Shown: positions 20,298-29,491, numbered from the stretch's first letter. The stretch: 64,000 bases of DNA from Thermoproteota archaeon (GCA_029258835.1 JAPDJY010000035.1:32001-96000), one strand, 5' to 3'. Program-made: numbers and translations. The notes: a model not told the origin generated them from the sequence alone.

Positions 20298-21668
20298 TTA
20301 TGCTGGCTCCGAGACCATGAATTCTTGCTCTAGTTTTCTGACGTAATTGGCTGAGCGCTTGACGTCTGAGAAGAGTTTTTCTACTGCTTGTACATCTTCT
20401 TTCGTTATTTTTGAGCGCCCTTGTTCCCTAGCGTGTTCCATGCTAGGTGTTAGGAGCTGTACCGCATAGCGGAGACTTGACTTGGTGCCGATTTCTGTTA
20501 GGTACTGGAGGGCGTCTTCCTCAAGTTCTATTTTTTCTTCTTTAGCTCGTATTTTCAGAATTTCCGTGATTTCGTCGGCAGTGTAAGGTCTGGTGTTTAT
20601 TATGAGGAGGCGATCTAGGAGGTCGAGAGGCATGCCGTGAGGGGATATGAGTTCCGTTCCTCTTATCTTAGCGAATCCCCTGTTAGATGCTAGTATTATT
20701 ATTGGTGCTAGTTCTGATTCCATTGCCCTGGCTATGAAGCTGTAGGCTTCAATATCTAGCATGTGGCTTTCGTCTATAAAGCAGACGCCGGGTAGGATTT
20801 CGGCTCGTCCTTCTTCGACCATGTTTTTGACCATTTCGTTTACTCTTTCACGTATTTCGGGGTCGATTTCTCGTTCTTCCTTGCCTCCGCCGAATATGCT
20901 GAAGATGGAGAAGCTGCTTCTTCTGGCGTTTATTTCATCAAGGTCGTGGAGGGTAAGAGTGTAAATGAATTCTTTCTCTTTAAGTATGGAGCCTGATGGA
21001 ACGGGAACTGGCTGTTCCGCCTCGATGTCGTAATGTTTAGCTAGTGAAGATTCCGATTTTCCTAATCGAGTAACTCTGCCTGTTTCGGCGTCGATCATTA
21101 TTACGTCTCCTTTAGCTACGCCTTCATTAATTAGGCGTATGGCTATGGTTTGCCCTACTTCGAATGTTTTTGACTCATCCTTGGTTGCGAGTGTTATTTT
21201 GGCGGACTGTGGGATCTGCTGGTAGGGGTTGTACGGATTTTTGGTCATTGTGATGTCAATGTCTCTTACTTCGCCCTCATAGATTTTCTTCATTTCGTGT
21301 ATTCTGACTCCTATGGCTTTCCTGAGGACTTGTGTGAGTATTTCTGTTTTCTTGACTTCTTCAGAGTATATTTCTGACCCTGTTATCATTACTACTGGTA
21401 CGTCTGGGCCAAGCTCCTTTGCGATAGCTATTGCTATGGCGGTTTTCCCCGTTCCCGGAGGGCCTGCTAGGAGGACGGCCCTACCAGCCATTTTCCCTTC
21501 CTTTATCATTCGAACAATTATTCCAGCGGCTTCTCTGGCTTCTGTTTGGCCTACCATTCCGTCTGCTATCATTTCTGCTTTCAAACCTTTCAGACCTAGG
21601 CCTTTTATGTGGGAGTGGGCACCTATTCTTTCGAAGCGCCCCGGGGCAACCTCTCTGATCGCCACCAT
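20298..21668 (-). CDS. TIP49/RuvB-like AAA+ ATPase
   Basis: HSHIKGLGL, VGQ..AREAAG, GPPGTGKT, FIDE.HMLD, SPHGMPLDLLDRL, SLRYA.QL. Confidence 0.96.
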   Translation of the reverse strand: MVAIREVAPGRFERIGAHSHIKGLGLKGLKAEMIADGMVGQTEAREAAGIIVRMIKEGKMAGRAVLLAGPPGTGKTAIAIAIAKELGPDVPVVMITGSEIYSEEVKKTEILTQVLRKAIGVRIHEMKKIYEGEVRDIDITMTKNPYNPYQQIPQSAKITLATKDESKTFEVGQTIAIRLINEGVAKGDVIMIDAETGRVTRLGKSESSLAKHYDIEAEQPVPVPSGSILKEKEFIYTLTLHDLDEINARRSSFSIFSIFGGGKEEREIDPEIRERVNEMVKNMVEEGRAEILPGVCFIDESHMLDIEAYSFIARAMESELAPIIILASNRGFAKIRGTELISPHGMPLDLLDRLLIINTRPYTADEITEILKIRAKEEKIELEEDALQYLTEIGTKSSLRYAVQLLTPSMEHAREQGRSKITKEDVQAVEKLFSDVKRSANYVRKLEQEFMVSEPA

Positions 21669-21797
21669 TATCTTACCTCCACTGATTTTAAGATTGAAGG
21701 AAAACAGAGCTAAAGTTGGTTTTTCTCCATTAGGAAAGATAGAGATTAAAAAAATAAAGTTAACTAGTTTCTGAGGAGGACTTTTGTTTATGTGGCG

Positions 21798-22313
21798 TCA
21801 GGTTTCGTTAGTTTGGATTGTGGCAGCTTCGGATGTAGGTTTTTGCAGGTCCTTGTAGAAGACTATTTGGTACGAGTAGCGGATCATTCTTGCTGCGAAT
21901 GCTGCTACTGCTAGGGTTACGACCGGCTGGTAGTTTATGCTGATGAAGGTTACTGCGTTGTACAGTATTTGGGTTGTTGGTATGTTAATGCTAGTCAACA
22001 TCTCCGCGAATACTATCAGGTATATGATCCCTACGAAGTGGCGGAAGGCACCGAATACTCCACTTACAGCAAGGTTTGAGTGATGGAAGTATCGCTCTAT
22101 GAAAATGAAGACTGTTATCACGGAACCGATCACTGCTATGGTTACCGGGTCAAAGAGTCGAACGTAGAGGTTTAGCTTCTCTGCTAAGTTTTTTCCCGTG
22201 ATAGGTGCAATAACTGAAAGTAGAAAAGTTGTGGATGCTCTAAACGACGCGTCAATTATTGGCTTCTTAAAAAGACTTAACATTTTTGCCAGTTGAACCA
22301 CCTTCCTGCTCAT
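21798..22313 (-). CDS. Hypothetical multi-pass membrane protein
   Basis: About four hydrophobic segments; RBS-like sequence upstream; co-oriented with neighbours. Confidence 0.65.
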   Translation of the reverse strand: MSRKVVQLAKMLSLFKKPIIDASFRASTTFLLSVIAPITGKNLAEKLNLYVRLFDPVTIAVIGSVITVFIFIERYFHHSNLAVSGVFGAFRHFVGIIYLIVFAEMLTSINIPTTQILYNAVTFISINYQPVVTLAVAAFAARMIRYSYQIVFYKDLQKPTSEAATIQTNET

Positions 22314-22318
22314 CTTCC

Positions 22319-22843
22319 CTACTTATAGTGTGGAAGTATGGTGTGCAGTGGAATTACAGTTCTGATTACCGTTGGAGTTATTACTTGGATGCTTCCTGCG
22401 AAATAGGTGCTGAACCATGCCACCGTGGTGATGGTCATCCAGAGAGGAGAGCCGTTTGCCGCTGCTTCTATTTCCGCTCTAGGAACAGAGAGGGAGACAT
22501 TCAGCAATCTTAGAGTACCGGGTGAGATGAATAAGGCAGTGTCGTATGCGTAGCTGCCATTACTTGCTAGTTCACCATATGGAGAGCCTTTTCTTACGTC
22601 AATTAGTAGGAGCACATTTAGATCTAGGATGTAGCCGTTATATCCTAGTAGGACAGGGTAGGCATAGTAGAAAGTGTCCCATGGAGGCGGGAAAGACGTT
22701 GTTGACGAGAGAGGAGTAAAGTATATTTTTGTGGCGTTAGCTCCAAGCAGGGATCCGAGGCCAGTCGGCACCAGCCCAAATATGATGGTCAGCAGAACTA
22801 CTATTTTGTATACTAACCGTACAAGTCTTCTTTTTGAGCGCAA
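22319..22843 (-). CDS. Hypothetical membrane-anchored protein (basic N-terminus, TM, beta-rich domain)
   Basis: MRSKRR followed by a hydrophobic stretch; stop codon 5 bp before the next gene. Confidence 0.65.
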   Translation of the reverse strand: MRSKRRLVRLVYKIVVLLTIIFGLVPTGLGSLLGANATKIYFTPLSSTTSFPPPWDTFYYAYPVLLGYNGYILDLNVLLLIDVRKGSPYGELASNGSYAYDTALFISPGTLRLLNVSLSVPRAEIEAAANGSPLWMTITTVAWFSTYFAGSIQVITPTVIRTVIPLHTILPHYK

Positions 22844-23010
22844 CAGGTTGCACCCCGGATTGATAGGGATTAAAATGTTCTTAAAAAGATTATTTGGATA
22901 TCTTTAGCATATCATGTACTCTTAAAACTTAGGTGGAAGGAATCATGTTTTGATGTTTAACGTGTTTAGAGAGGAGTTGGCTAGAGGAAGAGAGGATTGG
23001 AGGGATAACT

Positions 23011-23616
23011 TTGCTGGACAAGATTTCAAGGATATTTAAGAAGAAGCAAAGCTTGGTTTTGGGTGTTTATGGTGCTCCTAATGCTGGCAAAACGACGCTT
23101 GCTAACAGGATATCTTTAGATTTTGCGGGGAAGGAAATTGGCGTGGTTTCTCCGATACCCCATGAAACGAGAAGAGTTACTATTGCAGAGCACATTAACG
23201 TGAGGTTTAATGGAAAAAGCATCGACGTTGACCTGGTTGACATGCCAGGAGTAGCGAGTAAGGTGGATTACAGGGAGTTCGTAAGGTATGGCCTGAGCGA
23301 GGAGGAGGCTATCGAGAGAGCTAAGGAGGCGACGCGCGGGGTTATAGAGGCGATTCAATGGCTTGATAGCATTGACTTGGCGTTGACGGTGTTCGACTCA
23401 ACTAAGGCGCCATACGACCAAGTGAACCTTGTGATACTAGGTAATTTAGAGGCGAAGAAGATACCAACTGTTTTGGTGGCTAACAAGATCGATCTTCCAG
23501 AGGCGCGTCCAGAACTGGTGAAGGAGGCTTTTCCAAACCATAGAGTCGTATGCGTGTCTGCGCTTAGAGGCGACAACATAGAAGAGCTCTACAGGGCGAT
23601 AGCTGAGGAGTGCTAG
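23011..23616 (+). CDS. Era-like small GTPase, OapA/ArvA family
   Basis: IFKKK..GVYGAPNAGKTTLANRI, PHETR, DMPG, EATRGVIEAI.WL, QVN..ILGNLEA, ANKIDLP. Confidence 0.9.
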   Translation: MLDKISRIFKKKQSLVLGVYGAPNAGKTTLANRISLDFAGKEIGVVSPIPHETRRVTIAEHINVRFNGKSIDVDLVDMPGVASKVDYREFVRYGLSEEEAIERAKEATRGVIEAIQWLDSIDLALTVFDSTKAPYDQVNLVILGNLEAKKIPTVLVANKIDLPEARPELVKEAFPNHRVVCVSALRGDNIEELYRAIAEEC

Positions 23617-23629
23617 GGGAGGTGTTAAC

Positions 23630-23950
23630 TTGCGTATAGATATAGTCCCGGAGCGCATTACTCGGAGGATGAGACCGAAGGACAAAGCGAGGATGATTCT
23701 TGAGAGAGTTAAGGGAAATGCGATTCTAGTTTTGGAGGAAAGGTTGAAGCCTGAGGAGCAGGCTGAACTCATTAAAGAGACAATGATGGAAATAGATTGT
23801 GAGCGGTTCTGCGGAATAGAGGTTGTCACGTTTAATGAGGAAAGGAGGAAGGGGAAGATCACCGTTGTGGCGCCGTCCAACGTCGTCGAAGTAGCGAGGC
23901 AGGGAGACTTGATTTCGCTGATGCTTGGGGGGTGCCTAGGAGGAGTTTAA
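23630..23950 (+). CDS. DUF2073 protein, OapB/ArvB family
   Basis: ILVLEE.L.PEEQAELI.ETM.EI....F.GIE..TVVAP; position after the GTPase. Confidence 0.85.
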   Translation: MRIDIVPERITRRMRPKDKARMILERVKGNAILVLEERLKPEEQAELIKETMMEIDCERFCGIEVVTFNEERRKGKITVVAPSNVVEVARQGDLISLMLGGCLGGV

Positions 23951-23952
23951 TA

Positions 23953-24267
23953 GTGATTTACAATGTATGTGCTGTCTGTGGGAAAAAGATCCCGCCTAAT
24001 AGGGAGGAGCTAAGCTGTCCAATCTGTGGTTCAAGTGTTTTTAAGCTTGTAAGAGTTGAGAGTAAGGGAAACGATGTTACGCTTGCAAGTAAGAGGGGGA
24101 AGGCGAGGGAAAAAGTTGAAACTGTGAAAATACTACGTAGAGGCGTGTTCGAAATAGACCTTGAAGCACTACTTCAAGGGAAGCCCTTGATAGTCTCGGA
24201 CAGAGAGGGGGCATACAGGATTTCGCTTCAGAACTTAGCGAAGAACAAGTTTAGTGATTCCCTCTAG
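23953..24267 (+). CDS. Zn-ribbon DUF2072 protein, OapC/ArvC family
   Basis: CAVCG..CPICGS..F, ETVKI...GVFEIDL..L, GAY.I; third gene of the operon. Confidence 0.85.
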   Translation: MIYNVCAVCGKKIPPNREELSCPICGSSVFKLVRVESKGNDVTLASKRGKAREKVETVKILRRGVFEIDLEALLQGKPLIVSDREGAYRISLQNLAKNKFSDSL

Positions 24268-25094
24268 ATTTTTAGGCTCACGGTGTCTCCTATGACCTGT
24301 ATTAGCCCGGCGTCCTTTAACTCTTCAAGATATCGTGCCACCAGCTGTTTTGGGACACCAAGGGTTTGGTAAATTTTATCTAGAGTAAGGTCGTGAGCGA
24401 TCATTAAGAGGCGTAAAATTTTGAATTTTGGGTCTTTCTCAAGAAGCTTATTGATTCGGCTCCAGAGGGATTGCAATGTTTCATGGGAAGGATGAATTGC
24501 AGCTAATGAAGGCTTTAGCTGTCCCAGTGAAGGTTTAAGGGCACCCTGCTCAGCCATGGCTTTCATGTTAGCTATGAGCCTCTCTTGCTCACGAATCTTC
24601 CTATCCCTAACCTTCAGCTCAAGAACTAGCCTATCGATTTCTTTTCTCAGCCGAGAGACCTCACTCTCTACGTCTTCTTGCTCATCTATTTTCCTTTCCG
24701 AAATAGCCTTCTCAAAATTATTAGCTCTTTCTAAAGTAATAGATTTTAACGTGTCTCCTCGCATATCGGCATATTGAGGCTTTTCAGGGAGGGCAACCTG
24801 CAAATCCTGTTGGACGGATTGACGAGGATGAGGGGATTGGCTATTTTCAGGAGGAGCTGCTTCAGGAAGTGTTGCTTCTTGAGGGAGTTCAGTAGATAGA
24901 AGAGAAGAGAAAATACTTATGTTCTCTGTGACTGCGCTGTCGAACGCCTCACGCAGTATTTGTTCTAGACCTCTCATAGGGAAGCGTGAGAGTATGGAAC
25001 GAACTAGTTGCTCTCTTACTGGGGAGAGCTGCTCTATTATCCGTTGTGCTTCCGATTCAACGGTTTCATTAGATGACTCTTGAGAAGCCTTCAT
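24264..25094 (-). CDS. Coiled-coil protein with C-terminal winged helix
   Basis: Heptad-rich centre; DPKFKILRLL..LTL..I...LGV....VARYLEELKDAGLIQV.G. Confidence 0.75.
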   Translation of the reverse strand: MKASQESSNETVESEAQRIIEQLSPVREQLVRSILSRFPMRGLEQILREAFDSAVTENISIFSSLLSTELPQEATLPEAAPPENSQSPHPRQSVQQDLQVALPEKPQYADMRGDTLKSITLERANNFEKAISERKIDEQEDVESEVSRLRKEIDRLVLELKVRDRKIREQERLIANMKAMAEQGALKPSLGQLKPSLAAIHPSHETLQSLWSRINKLLEKDPKFKILRLLMIAHDLTLDKIYQTLGVPKQLVARYLEELKDAGLIQVIGDTVSLKI

Positions 25095-25337
25095 GATTTA
25101 CACCAATAGATTCATCCTTATGGTGAGACGTCTATATTAACTGTTCTGGCTGGTTAATAATAATTTTTTCTTAAAACTGAGGTTGAGAATCATGAAGGAT
25201 ATACGATACTTACTTATTAAGATCTCAATTTTGGTTCATTTAGAAAACATTTCTCATAATTAGAAAAGCAATATTTTTATTAATGAGTGTTCTAATCCAA
25301 TGGAGCAGAGAAAATTTAATAATTTGATGTTTTAATT

Positions 25338-26066
25338 GTGAAAAATGCGAAAGGTGTTGGCGTTATTATGGAAGACTTAAAGTCGGAAAGAGAAAATAAA
25401 AATAACATTGGAAAGATAGCTGAAAAACTCGAGGAACTTAGAGCTAGAAGAATAGCCGAAGATGTCCTAGAAATTATAATGGGAAGGATAACGCCGTTTT
25501 TAGAGAAAATCACCAAGTTTAACGAGGCAATTTCTGAAGTAACGTGTGAAATCGCAGACCTTAAATTAAGCTTCATGAAAGAAATCGGGATAATTCGTGA
25601 TCTATTAAGAAGAATAGATGAAAACCTTGTTAACTTAGAAAAACAAATTAGCAACGCTAATACCGTAGCTGCGGTTACTGAGGGGGGAAAATGGGGGCTA
25701 GAGGAAAGCATCGGAATGGAAAGTAACAGTGTAGAGGGGGGCGATGAAAGTGCTGGTGGAGAGGCTATAGTTTCTGAAAAGGGTGAAAATGAGCTAATGA
25801 AAGAGAGAGGTGAGCCGACAGAGAAAAGACGATTACTAAAGCTAGAGGGCATGGTTCTTATACCAGAAGAGAGAATTCAGGCATATAAAGAGATAGCACA
25901 GCTCGAGACGAGGTTAGTTAAAATTAAAGGTGAAATAGCAAGTCTTAAAAACTTAATTGATGCAGGACTTGGCACAATGGAAGACAAAAGGCTTTTAGAG
26001 GATAAGTTAGAGGAAAAGAGGAGAGTAGAAGAAAGGATAAAAAAATTAAAAGTAGAAGAAAAGTAA
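25338..26066 (+). CDS. Hypothetical coiled-coil protein
   Basis: Two E/K/L-rich helical regions separated by a G/E/S-rich linker. Confidence 0.7.
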   Translation: MKNAKGVGVIMEDLKSERENKNNIGKIAEKLEELRARRIAEDVLEIIMGRITPFLEKITKFNEAISEVTCEIADLKLSFMKEIGIIRDLLRRIDENLVNLEKQISNANTVAAVTEGGKWGLEESIGMESNSVEGGDESAGGEAIVSEKGENELMKERGEPTEKRRLLKLEGMVLIPEERIQAYKEIAQLETRLVKIKGEIASLKNLIDAGLGTMEDKRLLEDKLEEKRRVEERIKKLKVEEK

Positions 26067-26082
26067 GGAAGTAAAGGAATTT

Positions 26083-27864
26083 TTAGGTAAGTGGGCCGAT
26101 TGAAACTTGAGGTTCTCTTCGTATATAACGGCCGCTTCCCTCTATGACATATGAGAATTTTATCTCTTGTCCTGGTTCCACTCTGGCGAAAACCCACGAT
26201 AACATTGTCCCTTCAGATGTTTCACTAACCTTTGGTTGGAGCTCTTCAGGTTTCCAAGAGACAAGTTTAAACCCTGGAGGAACGAAATCCTTTACCGTTA
26301 CATTTTCTATGTTAACTTCTCCTGAGTTGACGAGTACAAGAGGAACCACATACTGGTTCTTCTCGGCTCCCGGTGTGACAGCCTCCTTAAAGATCTTTAC
26401 GGCTCTTCGTGCATACTTGATTCCGATCGCAGGCGGTGCTTCCTCCAACTCGAGGAACTCAGCTTCTAACCCCGGCGGATTAATGTTACATGAAACCTTT
26501 AATGGGGCGAGGTATTTCCCTTGCGGCTTTGGACCCCAAGCAACCATAGGATATGTAACCCTTAACGTTTGCCCCGGCCTGAAGCCGCCAATTTTACCCA
26601 GTCCGCTAATGATTATTTTTAGGGTTTTTGGTTGAGACGGATCTCCTGACGGAGGCTCTAGAAGCGCATCTACACCTTCAGCTAATTCTTGCTCTCCTAT
26701 GAAAACCTTGATCCTATCTGTTGTTGGCGGTTTAAAATCTTCTGGTATTGTGTCTATGATCGAGATTGCATCTAAGTCGGCGCTTCCCATATTGAAAACT
26801 TTTATTGTAGTGGTTATGGGGGTTTTGTCGTATGCATCGACCTCTGAAGGAGTGAACGTCTTCTCAGCGGTTACGTGCATAACAGGGAGCACAGTATCTT
26901 CTTTAACTATTGTGGTGTACGTGTTGCGTACTACTTCATATGCTACTCTATAGTCGAAATTTGTTTCGAAGACTGGTACGTCAGGGCTTTCAACTTGGAA
27001 CGTGTAGGACCATGGTTGGTTTGGTAGAAGCTCCACGTTAGGGGCAATGGAAGCCACTTGTCTTTTTCCATCTGATACGAGGTAGGATTCCACGTTAAGG
27101 AGCAACTCTATAAAATCACTTGTATTGAGGAATTCTAATGTGCAGTCCCATGTATTAGGCTTTGTGGGGGACTCCGCCGGCTCGACGCCGAACCTTAGAT
27201 CAGATATGCAGAAAAGGTCGGGTTCCAGTGTAGACCGCGTTTTCCCTTCAATATGATAAGTGACTTTTATCTCTCCTGCCCCAACTGGCTGAACAGCGTC
27301 AGTTTTCATTTGAACATTTATATTTAGAGTCGCTTCTGCCCCTGGGGCTAATTCAAAATCTTTCCAGACGACTTCTCTTACATCTGCAAGGTACTCTGCA
27401 GTACCTGTCTGGGGGGGCTCAATGGATGGGTCTCCAAATCCCTTGGGTATCTTCTTCCTCACTTCCACATCCTTCACAAAAAGGTCACTAGGGTTCGTTA
27501 ATGTTATCGTGCACCTTATGGGCATCACTTTGTTAAGTGCAACAGCCCAGTTGACAACATCATTCTGGGAAAAAGTGTCAACGGTCTCTTTCAGCCGAAG
27601 TATAGTGTCTTCAACGGGGATATCATATTCGAGAGACCATGTTCCTCCTGCGGGAACCTCGCCTACATTATAAGTTTCCTCCTTTAATGAGGTTGAGGAG
27701 GCTCCTTTAAGGTGTAGCTCGCAGCTCCAGAGCTTATTCTTCGAGCTTAAATTTTTGATGGTAAGAACTCCCTTAGCAGAGATTTCCTTTACTTCATTGT
27801 CTCCCGTTAAAGTACAACTGACATTTTCTGTTAAATCCACAACAGCTTTTAAGGCATCACTCAG
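26083..27864 (-). CDS. All-beta multi-Ig protein with an N-terminal region resembling a mu-homology domain
   Basis: 585-aa ORF extendable to a CTG at 27864; repeated N.(G/S)....V.V.D.IP.GF beta-sandwich units; no signal peptide or TM segment. Confidence 0.7.
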   Translation of the reverse strand: MSDALKAVVDLTENVSCTLTGDNEVKEISAKGVLTIKNLSSKNKLWSCELHLKGASSTSLKEETYNVGEVPAGGTWSLEYDIPVEDTILRLKETVDTFSQNDVVNWAVALNKVMPIRCTITLTNPSDLFVKDVEVRKKIPKGFGDPSIEPPQTGTAEYLADVREVVWKDFELAPGAEATLNINVQMKTDAVQPVGAGEIKVTYHIEGKTRSTLEPDLFCISDLRFGVEPAESPTKPNTWDCTLEFLNTSDFIELLLNVESYLVSDGKRQVASIAPNVELLPNQPWSYTFQVESPDVPVFETNFDYRVAYEVVRNTYTTIVKEDTVLPVMHVTAEKTFTPSEVDAYDKTPITTTIKVFNMGSADLDAISIIDTIPEDFKPPTTDRIKVFIGEQELAEGVDALLEPPSGDPSQPKTLKIIISGLGKIGGFRPGQTLRVTYPMVAWGPKPQGKYLAPLKVSCNINPPGLEAEFLELEEAPPAIGIKYARRAVKIFKEAVTPGAEKNQYVVPLVLVNSGEVNIENVTVKDFVPPGFKLVSWKPEELQPKVSETSEGTMLSWVFARVEPGQEIKFSYVIEGSGRYIRREPQVSIGPLT

Positions 27865-27966
27865 GGTCCTTCCCTCCCAAACAGTTTTTCACGTAAGGAA
27901 GAAATATGTACTTGAAAATATTTAACCATTTTCTGTAGGCTTCCCTAGAAAATTCAAGGAGTTATT

Positions 27967-28677
27967 TTAGGGTTCTACTCCTGTTACCGGTCTGACCACA
28001 AATTCTGTTCCAGCAGCCCACTCGATGAGGAGTTCCTCCCCTGCTTCCATGCGTTTATACTTTACATGGGGAGCCATTATGGGTAAGTGTGCTTCAAAGT
28101 ACTCGATCTCCTCCTGGTTTCTAACATGCATGGGGATTGCTAATTTGGGACTTAAGTCGCCTACAGCTTGTAAAGCATGAACCGGATTGAACGTCTCTGT
28201 TTCGTCTATGCCGATCAATAGCACATCTATTGACCATTGATCCAGTAGGCCTCTCGTGGCGGCATCACCTAAGTGAACAAACTTTACTCGTCCTATCTCG
28301 ACGATGAAAGCCGTGTGGGATATGGAAGGTGGAGATCTAGACGGGCCATGTTTTAAGTCTATGGCGGTTACTTTAACTTCAGGCCTAATGAAGCTCTCCC
28401 CAGGAGGGAGGGGGCGAAGTAGCCATGCTGGGGCTCCTTCCTCCTTCAGCTTCTCTATAGTCTCGGCGTTTCCCACTAAGAATGCTTTCTGAGCGGTAGC
28501 TATTTTAGCAGCGTTTCCGAAGTGGTCTAGATGTGCATGTGTGATGCAAATGACGTTTACACGCTCATCCTCTGATACTAGAGGGGTTCCATTAATGATT
28601 CCAGGGTCGATTAGGATGCTCATTTTAGGAGAAGAAATTTTGAAAGCAGCGTGACCAAAATACTTTAAAACCGGCAT
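27967..28677 (-). CDS. MBL-fold metallohydrolase (UlaG-like)
   Basis: YFGHAAF, IDP, THAHLDH, HLGD, IPMH. Confidence 0.88.
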   Translation of the reverse strand: MPVLKYFGHAAFKISSPKMSILIDPGIINGTPLVSEDERVNVICITHAHLDHFGNAAKIATAQKAFLVGNAETIEKLKEEGAPAWLLRPLPPGESFIRPEVKVTAIDLKHGPSRSPPSISHTAFIVEIGRVKFVHLGDAATRGLLDQWSIDVLLIGIDETETFNPVHALQAVGDLSPKLAIPMHVRNQEEIEYFEAHLPIMAPHVKYKRMEAGEELLIEWAAGTEFVVRPVTGVEP

Positions 28678-28823
28678 AATAACGCCCCTTCAAGACCTTA
28701 CTTTGATTTAATCCGTAAAGGAGGAAAGATCCGTAGAAAATAAAACTTAACGAGTATTTCACTTTTTTGATTAACTTTCAGATAAGAAGGTTAAACTGCA
28801 AATTGAATGAGTAAATTATAAAA

Positions 28824-28883
28824 GGATCCACGTGAATGAGGGTGCTAGATTCCTTACACCGTCAAAGGAAGTGGCAGCGGATC
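28824..28883 (+). promoter_or_regulatory. Structured 5' leader of rpl15e (candidate ribosomal-protein leader)
   Basis: Nested pairings GATCC/GGATC, TGCTA/TGGCA and TTCCTT/AAGGAA, ending about 20 nt before the ATG at 28904. Confidence 0.55.
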
Positions 28884-28903
28884 GTTTACAGGGGAGATGG
28901 GAA

Positions 28904-29491
28904 ATGGTAAAATCAATGTACAATTACATTTCAGAAAGTTGGAGAAGGATTGCTAAAAAGGAAGGAGGGTTGAAGGACTTCTTACGTGAAAGAATGACAC
29001 TTTGGCGTAGGCAACCAGCAATAGTGAGAGTGGAGAAACCTACGCGTCCTGACCGAGCAAGGAGGCTTGGCTACCGTGCCAAGCAGGGCTTTGTGATCGT
29101 GAGGGTGCGAGTTCGTAAGGGAGGGTTAAGGAAGCCTAGACCTAGAAGCGGTAGGAAACCTAAGGGACTTGGAGTAGCAAAGAAGACGCCAAGGAAGAAT
29201 CTTCAGTGGATAGCTGAGGAAAGAGCGGCCCGTAAGCATCCTAACATGGAGGTCCTTAACTCCTACTACGTGGGCGAGGATGGAAGATGGAAGTGGTTTG
29301 AAGTTATACTGGTTGATCCACATCACCCGGTCATAAAGGCAGACCCTAAAATAAACTGGATCCGTGAGAAGCAACATCGAGGACGTGTTTTCAGGGGACT
29401 TACAAGCAGCGGAAAGAAAGCAAGGGGACTGAGAAGGAAGGGGAAGGGTGCCGAGAAAATAAGGCCGAGTCGGGAAAGGTATTATGAGTAG
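28904..29491 (+). CDS. rpl15e: 50S ribosomal protein L15e
   Basis: [51 protein letters not shown]. Confidence 0.97.
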   Translation: MVKSMYNYISESWRRIAKKEGGLKDFLRERMTLWRRQPAIVRVEKPTRPDRARRLGYRAKQGFVIVRVRVRKGGLRKPRPRSGRKPKGLGVAKKTPRKNLQWIAEERAARKHPNMEVLNSYYVGEDGRWKWFEVILVDPHHPVIKADPKINWIREKQHRGRVFRGLTSSGKKARGLRRKGKGAEKIRPSRERYYE

